From NCBI RefSeq assembly GCF_009914755.1, contig NC_060925.1: DNA of 64,000 nt, one strand, 5' to 3'. Source of the DNA: the human T2T-CHM13v2.0 reference genome, Homo sapiens. Shown piece after piece: positions 32,559-45,891 of this stretch. Below the pieces are notes generated by a model. That model saw only the letters and a list, made by a program, of their open reading frames with translations. It searched no databases and was not told the DNA's origin. A program made the translations under genes and the position numbers. Within the stretch, counting starts at the first letter, position 1, and each line of letters starts with the position of its first letter.

Positions 32559-35500
32559 ATGAACAGGCATTTCTTTATTCACTCTGAGACACTGGCTGGG
32601 GTACAGAGATGAAGAGAATATAACCCTAACCCTCGAGTAGCTCAGCTGGGATGAGAAGAGAGACAGACATTCTCACAACTACATGTAATCCAGTGTAATA
32701 AAAGGAATAATTGCAGCATATCCCAAGTGCTCTGGTAGCACATAGTGAAACTCAGGACCATGTCAGGGGTGACATTCAAGTGATGATTTAAAGCGTTCAC
32801 CAGTTGTGGAAGCACAGAGTCAAGAAAAGGAGTGAGTCATGTTTGGGAGATGGTAAGTTCAGTGTGTCTGAGCCATAAGCATCAGCAGGAGGCGAGGTTG
32901 GGCTAAATCCCGAAGTTCTTGGCTGGCATGCTGCTAAGGAGTTTGGGTTTCTGTTAATGGTGGGCCTTTTGTAGGCCAAAACAAGTTTGGACTGTTTTAG
33001 AAAAAGAACATCACCTCTGTAGAGATCCTCAAATTCCCTGGGTCTTCACGGAGGCAAAATTCTGGAGTATAGCAGCACTGCTAAATAATCGTGGGCAGCG
33101 GCTGAGTCAGCCAAGGGGGAAAGAGAACCTGCAGGAGCAGAAGCCTAAACCCAGCCTTCACTCCACTGCTGGCCAGGAGGCTGCTTCTGACACGTGCCTG
33201 AATACTCGCAGCAATGGAAAGGGACTGGCTGGCAGTATTCACAGGGTCTCAAGCACTCCTCTTAGTTCCCTGATTGGACTACTTACCTTTTCAAATCCTG
33301 CTGAGAAGAGGTGATTTTTCTCCAGGTTTCTCTCCAAGTTCCCCTGGGGGGAAGGGAGACATGTTTGGAGTTCAAGAGATGAAATACACCCTGCTACTTC
33401 TCCCCCACCCCAACCCTCCCAGTTTGAGCTGGAGAGGCTGTGTGATGCTGGCGGAAGTCGAGCACAGCTGCCACCATCGACTGGGCCAGGCTCCACACCT
33501 CCCTCGGCCAACAGGTCTCCCAGCGGACAGAGCAGTAAACTCCCTCATCCTGCTGGCAGCTTCAGGAAGCAGAGAAGTGGCTGGGTACCAGTGAGGGGGC
33601 TGAACAGGGAAACACGGTTGGGCGGAATCGTGATCAAGGGGTAAGTAAGAAGTTACAAGATGTAGGACTGTCACTACTTCAATGTCCTCTGCCTAGGGAA
33701 GCATCCTGAACACAAGCTTGTCTGCTGCCTTCCATGTTCCCTTACCTTCCACCTCCTAAAAAACCAGCTTAGCTTTTTCCATGGCTCATGGAGAGGCCAG
33801 GCCCCATAGAAGGAGCACAGCCATCCAGATGACCCACTGGGCTCTCACCCTCCCTTTCTGAGACCATGGTTCTGGCTTCTTACCAGGTATCTCCTATGCC
33901 CTGAAGACCATGTGTGACTGGCTGGAAGCATCTAATGGGCCATGTACTTCTCAGTTCCTTAGCCTCCACCTCTCCCTTGATCTAGGCCTTGCCTACCCAT
34001 GCCTTCTGAAATATTTCATTTTCCAGCCCCTTTCCTTTCCCTGAGGGCTTTCCTCCCTACCTACTCCTGCTTGTTGCTAGCTGACACTGTACCTTCTCTT
34101 CCTCCCAACCCATGCCAATAATTGAATAACTGACCACTCCTGCCCCAAGACCCAGCCTGCCTCTGCCTATTGTGATATCTCGTCCCTCAAGACGAAGCCT
34201 TTCCTACCCACTGGTGTTTCTTTCCCAGCTTATTTGAGTAAAGGGATTTTCTATTTTTTTCTTTTTCATCTCTGGGCCACTGCTCTCAAAGGTACATATT
34301 AGGATGAGATACTGTTTACCCAGAGTACTCTGTGTCACCATTATTCAGTAGGACTTTTGTTTCTTCAAGGGACCTTAGAAATCATTTGCATAGTCTAACT
34401 CATTTGACTGAAGAGAGAAACAGCCCAGAGGAGTGATGTGGCTTGCCCAAGGTCACACAGCAAATTAGAGACAGAACTAGGATTAGAACCTTCTGTACAT
34501 CTGCACGGGCAGCCACAGCAGTAATAAGCATTTATTGAGCATGGCTCTGGGCAGGGCATTCTGCCCAGCATGGACAAAGGGGAAGAGATAGAGCAACTTC
34601 CCTTGGAGATTTGGGACCTAGAGTCTAGATGGCAGGACGAGACATAAGATAAATAACAGGCAAGGCAGCATAGGCCCCATGCAAAATCAGTGCTATAAAC
34701 AAGTTCTACAGAGAAGTTCAGAGGATGAAAGGTTTCCTTCCCAGGCGAGGCCAGTATGGAGGAACGTCGTGGGAAAAGCTAAGGACCAGGATTCTGCCAC
34801 TAATGCTCTTTGTGACCTTGGAAAGGGCATTTCCTCCCTCTGTAAAGTGTAGTTAGACAAGGGACTGCTCTCAGGTCCCCCCTGGCTCTGTCAGTCTTGT
34901 TCTTTGAAGAGAGAGCTGGAATTGAAGCCTCTTCCTTCTCCCTTCATCTGAAAACTCGGAACAGGGAACGTTTGAGAGGTTGATCAATTCCTGAACTTTC
35001 AAAGGTAGCCGGAGAATCAACTCTAGGGAGGAAAGCCTGAGGGGCACTATTGCCCTATAACCCAGGGACAGCAGGAATATGGGGAAACTGTGGCATAACA
35101 CCATAGAAAAGACCCTGTCACCCAGCATCCCATTCCCAAAAAAAGTTTGGCAGGAATCGAAGTTAAACTGGGGAAGCAGGGACCCCTGGAAGGTTGGGGT
35201 CCCAATGGGCCTCAGATTGGATTTTTATTCCTTCCTGAATTCAAACTCCAAAGCTAGAGGAGCTCTCCCACTCCTATTGTGGAAAAGGGCAGCTGTTGCC
35301 CCTGTCCCCAGTCAGGGGAAACTTGGAGCAGGAGTGGAGGGGTCATCTCAGGAGGCCTAAGGAGAAGTCATTAGTCGGAGATGATGCAATTGTGAGTAAA
35401 TGTTACAGCCTCTGGCTCAGGCTAGTTGGATGCTCAGAAGCTGGGGGCTAGGACCCCTAGAGTCCCCACTATCTCCCCCAACTCACAACTGAGAAGGAGT

Positions 35501-37319
35501 TAGATAAACTGAGGGAAGAAAGAAAAAAAGTGAAATGAGAGGGTATCCAGAAAAGGATAAGCTAGTGAAAGGAAACTAAGGAAGTAGGGGGTTCCTGGAA
35601 GGGCTGAAGGCGGAAAGGGAGGCTGAAAGCTGTGCTGAGAGGGATCCGAGCCTGAGGGGAGAAAGGCCAGGCGGGCGTGGCCAGGAGGGGAGTAAGCCCA
35701 GAGCTGGTGGTGACAGATGGGTGGACACAAAGAAGAGAGCTTCAGGGAAGACAGATGGATGGGGGAGGGAAGAGAAGAGGTTGGGGGGGTTAGGGGGGAG
35801 CCCAGTGGTTGGAGGCCATAATGAGATTGGAGATGGACTATGAGCTGAGGAGAGGTGAGTGAAGAGGAGAGAAGAAAGGGGAGGCCGCCTTAGGAGACAA
35901 AGGCAATACAGCCTAGAGGGCCGGGAGGAGAGGGCTCAGTTGGGTGCTGAGAAGGGGGGCTTCCAGCCGGGCTGGCAGCAGAGAGAGTGACAGATTGTGT
36001 AGTGAGCCAGAGTGGAGACCCGCTGTCACCTTCCAGAGGCACAGAGAGGTGGAGACAGAGAAAGACAGACTGACAGAGACCATGTGGAAAAACAAGGAAA
36101 GAAGCTAAGACAGAAGACATCCAAGACAGGCTGTCCCTTCCCAGAAACAACAGCTCCTGCCCAGGAGGAGCAAGCTCTGCCTGTCTTGCTCCTGTGACCC
36201 AAAACACTGCCACTGTTACAAAATAACACCCTAGCCATAGGCCACTCCTGGGAAGGGTCAGGCGGTGTGGCACAGCGAGGGTTAATGTCGTCTGCTGTCC
36301 CTGCCAGCCGCTTGCCTGGTTGGGTCCCCAGGGCTCCCCACATATGTCACCCCCTCTCCTGCCAAACCCACTGCTTCCCAGCTCCTCCAGGCCCTCCCCC
36401 CACCCTCAAGGACAAGGCCCAGGCCCCTGTGTCTTCCCTACACACCAACCTCCCTCCCCTCCCTCAACGATCTACCTCTCAGGCTATGGGGAAAGATTTG
36501 TGAATCATGATCTGAAAAAGTGAATGCCTATAAAATGTAAAATAGCAGGAACACTCATTCTATTGTATCAGGTTTTGCTTGATTATCGGATTATAGCAAA
36601 TAAAAGCCAGTGGAGATTTTTAAACAACAAAAAGAAAGTAAAATAACAACAAACTATAAAGCCATAATCATCCTCCTTATCCCCAGGCCCTGGTCTTCCT
36701 GTCCTCCTTGCAGCAAAGACCCACACACAACTCCAAGGGTTCTCCCTTTCACTGGGGCCAGAGGCCAGACAACCTGGGTTGGCCTCAGAGCTCTCCCCTG
36801 CCTCCACAATCATAATGCTTCAGATATATGTGTGTATGAAACTTCTTGCCACTTTTAAATCACCATAGGAGGTTGGGATGAGCACTTTATACAGTTCACC
36901 TAGCACTTTCCCATGCATTATTTCACCTGGGTGTCACTACTATAACAAAATAAAACTCAGCCAAGGTTAAGTGACTTATCCAAGGTCACCAGGACTTAGA
37001 CCCATGTGTAGCTGCCCCCAAATTTAGTAGATGTAGTTCTTCCCACCATTTCATGCGTTTATGTCCTCTTTGTCACAACTATGTTCTTTTTTAGCTACTC
37101 CCCTAAGGAGCAAAAGCTGAAATCCTAAGTGAAAACTGGGGCAGGAGGCCCCAGAGTCCAGGATCCTGGGATGCCAGATGCAGAGGAGGAGGAGCAGCCC
37201 CCAGAGCACTCTTTCACCCTCCTCTCCCGTGGAACCTTAGCTTGAACTGCGACGGGTTCAGGCGGTGTGCTTCAGGGATGGAGGTTGCAGAGCTTAAGTA
37301 TCTGAGCAAAATGGCCTGA

Positions 37320-38048
<729 letters not shown>

Positions 38049-39939
38049 TAGCTTGGGTCTCCAAGTCTTCCACAAAGCCTTGGCAACCTGGCAATTCTGT
38101 TTCCATTCTTTTTTTTTTTTTTTTTTTTAAATCTTTTTACCTCCTTTGTGTCTCAATCTCCCCATGAGACTGTGTCTTCCCATTTCCCTATGTCTTTCCC
38201 ATGTCTGTTACCCAATGACTCTGGTTTCTCATTTTTTTCTCTCCCTGAGTCTCGGTATCTTCCCGTGTCTTTCTCGTCGTTTCCCTCCGCTTCCCCTGTC
38301 TCTGTTCATCTCCCCTTCTTTCTGTATCTCTCATCTCCCCCATGGCACTCTCTCCTGAGTCTCTTGGTCTCCCAATTTCTTGGATGGGGTGGAGGGCAGG
38401 AGAGTGGAGGAGGTAGAATTGTTGTTGCTGGGGGCTCATTAGGTGGAGATTGGTTTTTAATCAGCACCATGGCAATGATGATGCAAGAACTGAGATGCCA
38501 CCTGATCCCCTGCCCCCCAGCCCCCCTCCTCAAGCCTCCTTTCCCCTCCAGCTCAGCCCATCTGCTGGCGCCTGGGCACCTGTCTGGGCCTGCCCAGGTG
38601 GGAGTTGGCACCTCCCAGACTCAGGGATGGGGGCAGGTGGGGGAGCTTGGGGAGGAATTATGGGACCCCCTTAGGGAATGCTTCACCCTGGAGAAAGCCC
38701 AGAAAAGGTTGACCAGCAACAGGGAAATGGCAAGTCCCTCCAGCCTGAAGGTGGGATGTGCTCCTACTAAGCTCTAGGCCCACTACACATATTATCTCCC
38801 TTAATTTCCATGGCAACCTAAGAAGCAGCTATAATCAACCCCATTTTACAGGAAAAGAGGTCCAGGCTCAAAAGGTTGTTATTTGTCCAAGGTCACACAG
38901 CTGACAGAGCCTTTTTCACTGTACCACACTACCTCTGGAGTCCTCTCCAGTCATGGTTCTTTTGAATACTCTCAAAGGTTCAGAGAAGACATCCAACAGC
39001 TGAGTGGGGAGAGAACTTCAGACACTGAAACCCTCTATGCACTGTCTCTCTATGCACTCTGGTCCCTGTGCTGCCCCTCCTCAATCCTGCCACTCGGCAA
39101 CACACACATACACACACACACTCACACTTACATTCACATTCACACACACTTGCATATACATGCTGGAGGCTGCTGAGCTATTGATGGGAGCTTAATCAGT
39201 GCCCATTTGCATATAATTTTGTGTCTGGTTTTCTTATTGCTGATTTGATGCCCTCAAAACACACTCAGAGCCTGCCTAGGCTGCCCTGCCCTCCTCTCCC
39301 AGTGTCCTTCCAATCCTGGTTCTTCCTGTCTTGGCACTCCTCCACTCCTCTCCTTTTAGCCCTTACCTCTTTCTTCCTAAGAGCCCTCTAATTCCCAGTG
39401 GGTCAGGTTGGGCTGGCCAGCCTAGAAAAACTCCTTGTGGGGTCTGTGTCCCAAATTTGATCCTGCTCCTCCCCTTGGTGATGGGTTAGGTAGGAAGATA
39501 GCGGGTGGGGTAAGAGGGTATGGGGGTGATTGAGTCCCAGGGTGATGAGGGTAGGGGCCTGAACAGTTGCTACAGGCAGGCTGGCAAGCAGTGGGTACCA
39601 GCTTTATGAAGGATAAGAGCTTGAGGGCCAGGACCCTAGGGTCCTCTTCTGCATTTTAGTGCTACCCACTTGCTCTTTTCTCGGTTTCCCTGTTAGTACC
39701 TTGAAGAGTCTCCCTCTCAGGAAAAAAGAGACACCAGGAAGGGGCTGTCCAAGTCACGCTGGGACTCCGAATGGGGCCATGGCACTTAACCATAGCTTGC
39801 TGGGAGCCTCTGCCCTGCTGCCTCTGGTGTGGGAGACTGAGGGGGTTCATCTGTGGTCCTGCCCTGGCTCTCGCCCCAGCCCCACCCCTTCCCCAGCTCT
39901 CCATTTCTTGCTTATGAAATATGCATGGAGAACAGATGT

Positions 39940-40140
39940 CCCTGCTCCCCCGCTCCCCGCCCCCACCCAGGGCCAGCCCCCGCCCCCAGCTCCCGAGGGG
40001 TTCCCAGATCCCTCTGCCAATGGCTGCCTGGCCTGGCTGTTTAATATTGATGAGGGGGGGGTGGGCCTGGGCCAGCCAATGGAGAGCTGGGGGTGTGTGT
40101 GTGTATCTCCATATATATACATAGGGCTGGGCCAGCTCAG
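39940..40140 (+). promoter_or_regulatory. NHLH1 core promoter
   Basis: GC boxes (CCCCGCCCCC) at about 39954-39990, CCAAT 40076-40080, TATA-like ATATATAT 40111-40118. Confidence 0.7.
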
Positions 40141-40142
40141 GT

Positions 40143-40409
40143 GTGTGTGTCTGAGGGTGTGTGTGTGAGTGTGGCTGGCCCCAGTACCTGGCCAAGCCCA
40201 CCACTTCCACCTGGGCCCTACACCCCCACAATGTGTACCCCTCTTATCTGCCCTGGAGCCTGTACAGCCATGCCACGCTACCCCTGAGAGTCTAGAAAGC
40301 TGGTCACTAACTTTGCAGACGGATGAGCCTTGAGCACCCAGAGGAGACTGGGGCTGTCAACGCTGCCCCTTGTCCTGCCGGCTTGGATCCCCTGACAGGG
40401 TCCTTCTAG
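40143..40409 (+). other. NHLH1: NHLH1 non-coding exon 1 (5' end approximate)
   Basis: Starts about 30 nt after the TATA-like element; TAG/GTAAAG donor at 40410; matching acceptor TTTTTCAG ends at 43628. Confidence 0.7.
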
Positions 40410-41999
40410 GTAAAGGGGAAACCATGGGCGGGGAGGGATGGGCGTGTCCCTCCCATTCTCTGGCTCAAGCCCCTTCCTAGAGCCTCCCTCTAGTTCTCTC
40501 CCTTGTGCGCTGTGTCTCTCCCTGTCTCCGCGTGTCCCTCTTCTCCACTCCTCCCCTTCGACTCTTTGTGCCTATCTATCCTCAGTTGGGTTAGGGCTGG
40601 CAGAAGTGGGGTGGGAAGTCCTGTCCTGCAGGCTTGGAATTGCTGCTCCCCTGATCCTTGGACCCTGGAACTTTGAGACCAGAAGTGGATTTGGGGGTGA
40701 GGACTTGATGGGTAAATAGAAGCTGCTGCCGGGACTGGAACTGGGGAGGACAATGGGGCCAGGTGGAGATGAGACTGGGGCCAGATGGGGAGCACGGAGA
40801 GGGGAAGGAAGGGCATGGCAAAGTGATGAGGGATGAAGGAACATAGGGACCGGGCAGAGAGAATTAGCCTGTGATAGATGTGATAAATGTGTTGGGAACT
40901 CCGCAGCTGAACTCCTGCTCCCAGCCCCAGCATGGGGGGTGGGGAGTTGGGGGCACTAAACATGTACTGGGAGGTGCTGACTTTGGGGCCTCCCACACTA
41001 TTGCCATCCCCCCATAGTTCATTTGAACCCCAGAATATGGAATGTGTTCTCAATTTCAGCACTAACCACCTTCTGTTTCCTGTTAAGATTGTGTGTGTAC
41101 TTGTCATCAGATGTGGATGACTTTGCATCCCTCCAGAGCTTCATAGCTGTTTGTTGGCTTGACTTGAACCTATCTTCTGTGTGGTGGGGTGGGGCAAGGC
41201 TTGGGAGGATCCTAACCCCTTTGAGAGTATCTATCAGACAGGAAAGCCAGGGCTGGGGAGGAAGGGGAGATAGTGATGGTGCAGGCACCTTGGTGCTTCT
41301 GTTTCTAATCATTCTTAGTTGAGCTGATGGTGAGTGGCCCACTGTTCCCCTTTAACACTGCACACAAGCAAAGCCCTTTCCCCAGCTTTTCCCAGGCCAT
41401 GTTTGTGCTGCCTTGCCCTGATCTCCTCTGGTCCTAGGACAAGCAAACCTTAGCTGAGTCCCATAAGGGTAGCTCCAAAAATCTGTCTGTGTCCTCTGCA
41501 GGCCGTGTCTGAACCTTCCTTGGGCTATGGGAGAGTATGGGGGTAGAAGGTTGATTATGTTCCCTTTCCCCAATCTTCCTTGCCCAGCCTCCAAAAGGGC
41601 CAGGGAATGGCAAGGGCTGAAAATTTCGAAGACAGAGGTGGAGGAAGAGGCTGGTTGTGCACAGTGGGGTGGTGGTGAGAAGAGATATCTTCCCCTGGTT
41701 TTAGTGGACAGGATCTCATATCTACAATGGTTCTGCTGGGAAGGTTTGGGGAACTGGGAGGGGAGCTGTGCAGAGCTGGGGCAGCTGCGCAGAGCTCCAT
41801 ATGTCCTAGTCTATTCTACAATGGGCAATCTGTGTGTTTATCCGCTCCTCCACCTCAGGCAGCAAGGGTGGAGAGGGGCCCTGAGAGGGAGGGGACCACA
41901 GGGCCAAGGCTTGTATTCTCCCCTCACAACTGGGAAGCATCTAGAGTCATAGCTAACTTCTCTTGGGGCTGTGGCTGCAGTCTTGCTCAGATTTTTTCC

Positions 42000-43330
42000 T
42001 CCTTTTATTTATTCATTTAGATAAAAAACAGCATACAATTTATAATCTTAACCATTTTTAAGTGTACAATTCAGTAGTGTTCAGTATATTCACATTGTTG
42101 TGAAACAGATCTCTAGCAATTTTTCATCCTGCAAATGTATAATTCTATACCCACTAAACAACAACTCCCCTTTACCCCCTCCCTCCAGCCCCTGGCAACG
42201 GCCATTCTACTTTCTGTTTCTATGAATTAGACTACTTTAAATACCTCATATAAGTGGAGCTATACAGTATTTGTGTTGTTACTGGTTTATTTCACTTATC
42301 ATCATATCCTCAAGGTTCATTCATGCTGTAGCATGTGACAGAACTTCCTTTTTAGGGCTGAATAATATTCCACTGTATGTATATAATACATTTTGTTTAT
42401 CTGTTGTCTATTGATGGACATTTGGGTTGCTTCTACCTCTTGGCTATTGTGAATAGTGCTGCTATGAACATGAGTGTGCAAATATCTCTTTGACACCCTA
42501 CTTTATTTGTATATATACCCAGAGGTAGGATTCCTGGAGCATATGGTAGTTCTATTTTTTATTTTTTGAGGAACATTTATACTGTTTTCCATAGTGGTTG
42601 CATCATTTTGCAATCCCAACAAGGCATAAGGGTTCCAATTTCTCCACATCCTTGCCAAGACTTATTTTTTGTTTGTTTGGTTTTTGTTTTTATAGTAGCC
42701 ATCCTAATGGGTATGAAGTGATATTTCATAGTGGGTTTGATTTGCATTTTAATGATTAGTGATGTTGAACATTTTTTCATATGCTTGTTGGCCATTTGTA
42801 TAAAATCTTTGGAGAAATGTGTATTCTAGTCCTTTACCCATTTTTTTCTTAAAAAATGTTTATTTATATAAATTTATGGGGTACAAGTGCAATTTTGTTA
42901 CATGCATAGATTGCATAATGGTCAAGTCAGGGCTCTTAGGATGTCCATCACCTGAATAACATACACGGTACCCATTCTGTAATTTCTCATTTCACGCCCC
43001 TCCCAATCCCTCCTTTGCCCATTTTTAAATTGGGTTATTTGATTTTTTGCTGTTGTTGAGTTGTAGGATTTATTTATATGTTCTGGATATTAACCCCTTA
43101 TCAGATATATAATTTGCAAATATTTTCTCCCATTCCATAGATTGCCTTTTCACTCTGTTGATTATGTTCGTCAATAAATTAAAGTCTGATGTGGTCCCGT
43201 TTTTTCTATTTTTGCTTTTTGTTGCCTGTGCTTTTGGTGTCATTTCCAAGAAATCACTGCTGAGTCCAACATCATGAAGGTCTCTCCCTATGTTTTCTTC
43301 TAGGAGTTTTATGGTTTTAAGTCTTTAATC
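42000..43330 (-). mobile_element. L1MB-like 3' fragment in NHLH1 intron 1, with a nested L1MA-like 3' end (about 42846-43010)
   Basis: ORF2 C-terminal remnant ([15 protein letters not shown]...) and L1M 3' UTR; nested piece bounded by TCCTTT(A/G)CCCATTTTT. Confidence 0.85.
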
Positions 43331-43803
43331 CTCTTGCTCAGTTTTAACCTGCCTGGTGTATCCTTCTCATCACTTCTGTTCCTTTCCTGTTACTCGTTTT
43401 CTCTTCCCTTCTTACTACCTTTCGTCCTCCTCTTCCTTTCACCCTGTCCACCTGCCTCTCTGTCTCTCGGCCTCTCCCCACCCCCCGACCCCCACCAGTT
43501 TCTGCTGTTCTTCCCTCACATTCACAGTTCCTTACCCCTCCCAGCCCATCTCAAACCTGCTTTCCCACCTCTGAGCTGAGCATTCCCTCCTCCCTCCGCT
43601 GCTATCACTTCTCTCTTCTCTTTTTCAGGCTTCAGACTGGCACCCTGACCATGGAACCCTGAAGTGGCAGTGACTTCTAGAGCTCAGTGGCAGACCCCAC
43701 GACCCTTCCTCCCCCTTCCTCCCCCTCCCACCACCAGCTTTCAAGCTCCCAGAGGGAGGGGTGGGGAGGGGATCCTGATCTCACAGGGCAGGGGGCTTCC
43801 ATC

Positions 43804-44205
43804 ATGATGCTCAACTCAGACACCATGGAGCTGGACCTGCCGCCCACCCACTCAGAGACTGAGTCGGGCTTCAGTGACTGTGGGGGCGGGGCGGGCCCTG
43901 ATGGTGCCGGGCCTGGGGGTCCGGGAGGGGGCCAGGCCCGAGGCCCAGAGCCGGGAGAGCCTGGCCGGAAAGACCTGCAGCATCTGAGCCGCGAGGAGCG
44001 CCGGCGCCGGCGCCGCGCCACAGCCAAGTACCGCACGGCCCACGCCACGCGAGAACGCATCCGCGTGGAAGCCTTCAACCTGGCCTTCGCCGAGCTGCGC
44101 AAGCTGCTGCCTACGCTGCCCCCCGACAAGAAGCTCTCCAAGATTGAGATTCTGCGCCTGGCCATCTGCTATATCTCCTACCTGAACCACGTGCTGGACG
44201 TCTGA
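43804..44205 (+). CDS. NHLH1: NHLH1 (HEN1/NSCL1) neural bHLH transcription factor, 133 aa, single coding exon
   Basis: [25 protein letters not shown]...[65 protein letters not shown]-stop; NSCL-family bHLH; exon 2 begins at 43629. Confidence 0.97.
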   Translation: MMLNSDTMELDLPPTHSETESGFSDCGGGAGPDGAGPGGPGGGQARGPEPGEPGRKDLQHLSREERRRRRRATAKYRTAHATRERIRVEAFNLAFAELRKLLPTLPPDKKLSKIEILRLAICYISYLNHVLDV

Positions 44206-45405
44206 ACTCAGCCTGTCTCCCACCTCCCGGGCCTCTCTGGGGCCCCTTTCCACCGCTCACTGCTTAGAAAGGCCGCATCCTCCCCGAGCCCTTATACCTT
44301 GGCATGGAGTCCCAAAGGCCCTGGGCACAGGCAGAGAGCCCACCGGCTGGTCATGAGGGCCTCTTCCTTTCTCTGACCCAGGCACCTCGAGGGCTATTCT
44401 CCTGGGTTCCTTCCGGGGTTTATTGCTGAGGCCCAGCTGTGCAGAATTGTTTGCTAGTGTGGTTGGTATGGAATCCTTGCTGGCTTTACTAAGCCAGCCA
44501 CACTTGGAGTCTGCCCCCAAGCTCTCTCACTGAATGCTGCCTCTTCTACCCCTATGTCCAAATTTTCAGCCACCACAGACCTCAGCTGTGTATCCTATCT
44601 GTTCTAGCTTCTCCTGCCCCTGGTGGGGATGGGCTGTCAGAATTGCAAGGGAGGAAGGCTGGGGTTAGAGTGGGGAGTGGGCTTCTTCCTCCAAGATCTC
44701 AGTCTCTCAGTGCTTGGCAGAGGGGTGAGGCCCTGGGGAGGCAGGGGTTGGTGCCCTGACTCCTGTGAGGGGAATCTCAGTAGCTGGGAATTATGGAAAA
44801 ACTCTTCCTGTTTCTGTCCATCTTGTTCCTGTGGCTTAGCACATACAGACCTCAGATCTTACTTGGTAGTGAGTGCCTTGCCCTCTTTGAGCTATTTGGC
44901 TACTTCCCTGTCCCTCTGACTCCTACTGTCCCAATTTTCTCCCTCCCTGTGTGTCACTAGAGAAAAAAAAAAACAAAAACCTAGATTCCGGATTAGGGGA
45001 TGACATCCCAAACAGCCCGGAGTATTTGCAGAAGGCTCAGGCAACGAGTGGGCCACATCTCACTTCTGCTTCCTCATCTCAGCCCACTCTGAAAATGTGC
45101 AGCACCCTCACTGGTTCCTCCCCCCAACGCAAGGAGGATGCCCAATTGTTGCCCTCTGAAAATGCACAGTTCTCCTGGCCCTAGGACTTACTTATTACAT
45201 TTTTTTCTCTTTCCTTGAGCTGCCTTTGGCAAGGGAAGAGACCCCCAACTCTGCGCCCCTACTCCATGCTGCTGATCCCCACCTGCGCACTATAGCTCAG
45301 GGTCAGCAGTGGAATGAAGGGCCTTAGAACCTGCATAGAAGAAATGAACTCACTGCATTTCTGTGCTCCCTCCTCCCTCGCACCAAACTCCTAGCTCTAC
45401 AAGTA

Positions 45406-45476
45406 TATTTATTTATTTATTTATTTATTCATCTATTTATTTACTTATTTATTTATTTATAAATATTGCTATTTAT
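45406..45476 (+). promoter_or_regulatory. AU-rich element (overlapping ATTTA array) in NHLH1 3' UTR
   Basis: (TATT)n tract with many overlapping ATTTA pentamers and TTATTTATT nonamers. Confidence 0.7.
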
Positions 45477-45891
45477 TGCCGAGTTGTGCACTTTGGGGTA
45501 GAGTGAGGGGCTCCCAGCAGCTCTAGCTGGGTCTCTCTTGCTTCCTCCCTGCTTACGCCTTTCCTTTTCTTGCTCCTTCTTCAACTCCTGGTGTGTGTGA
45601 GCATGCCCTTTGCTTGCCACACCATATCCTTTCCCCAGATCCACCTGTCCTGACACTCTAGTCCTCCAGGATAGTGCTCCTCCCCCAGCTCCAGGGCTCC
45701 TGGATGTCCTTCCTCAACTCCCTCCACCCCTAGACAATCCTACCTGGTCCCATCTGCCTCTTTTCTCTCCCCAGCCTGCCCTGTGACCCTTGCCTCTTCC
45801 TGATACTCCCAAGAGCAGGCCCCAGGGGTCTGTGTCACATATCTCTGTGTGATTCCTTCTGGTTGCATCCCCAATTTCATACAAAAAGAAA

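Noticed and set aside
38804-38817. RFX X-box-like ATTTCCATGGCAAC
   Set aside because: Lies within a MIR-like relic and mismatches the first consensus base; no other support.
38148-41128. Long ORFs around the NHLH1 promoter (209, 189, 212 aa)
   Set aside because: GC-rich, low-complexity sequence with no recognisable domains.
43687-43803. GTG-initiated 39-aa N-terminal extension of NHLH1 (172-aa ORF in the track)
   Set aside because: Non-ATG start with a pyrimidine at -3; low-complexity peptide; the recognised protein begins MMLNSD at 43804. Only Ribo-seq could rescue it.
43677-44253. Antisense ORFs (162 aa and 133 aa) over NHLH1
   Set aside because: Expected shadow of a GC-rich coding exon; no independent promoter or splice evidence.
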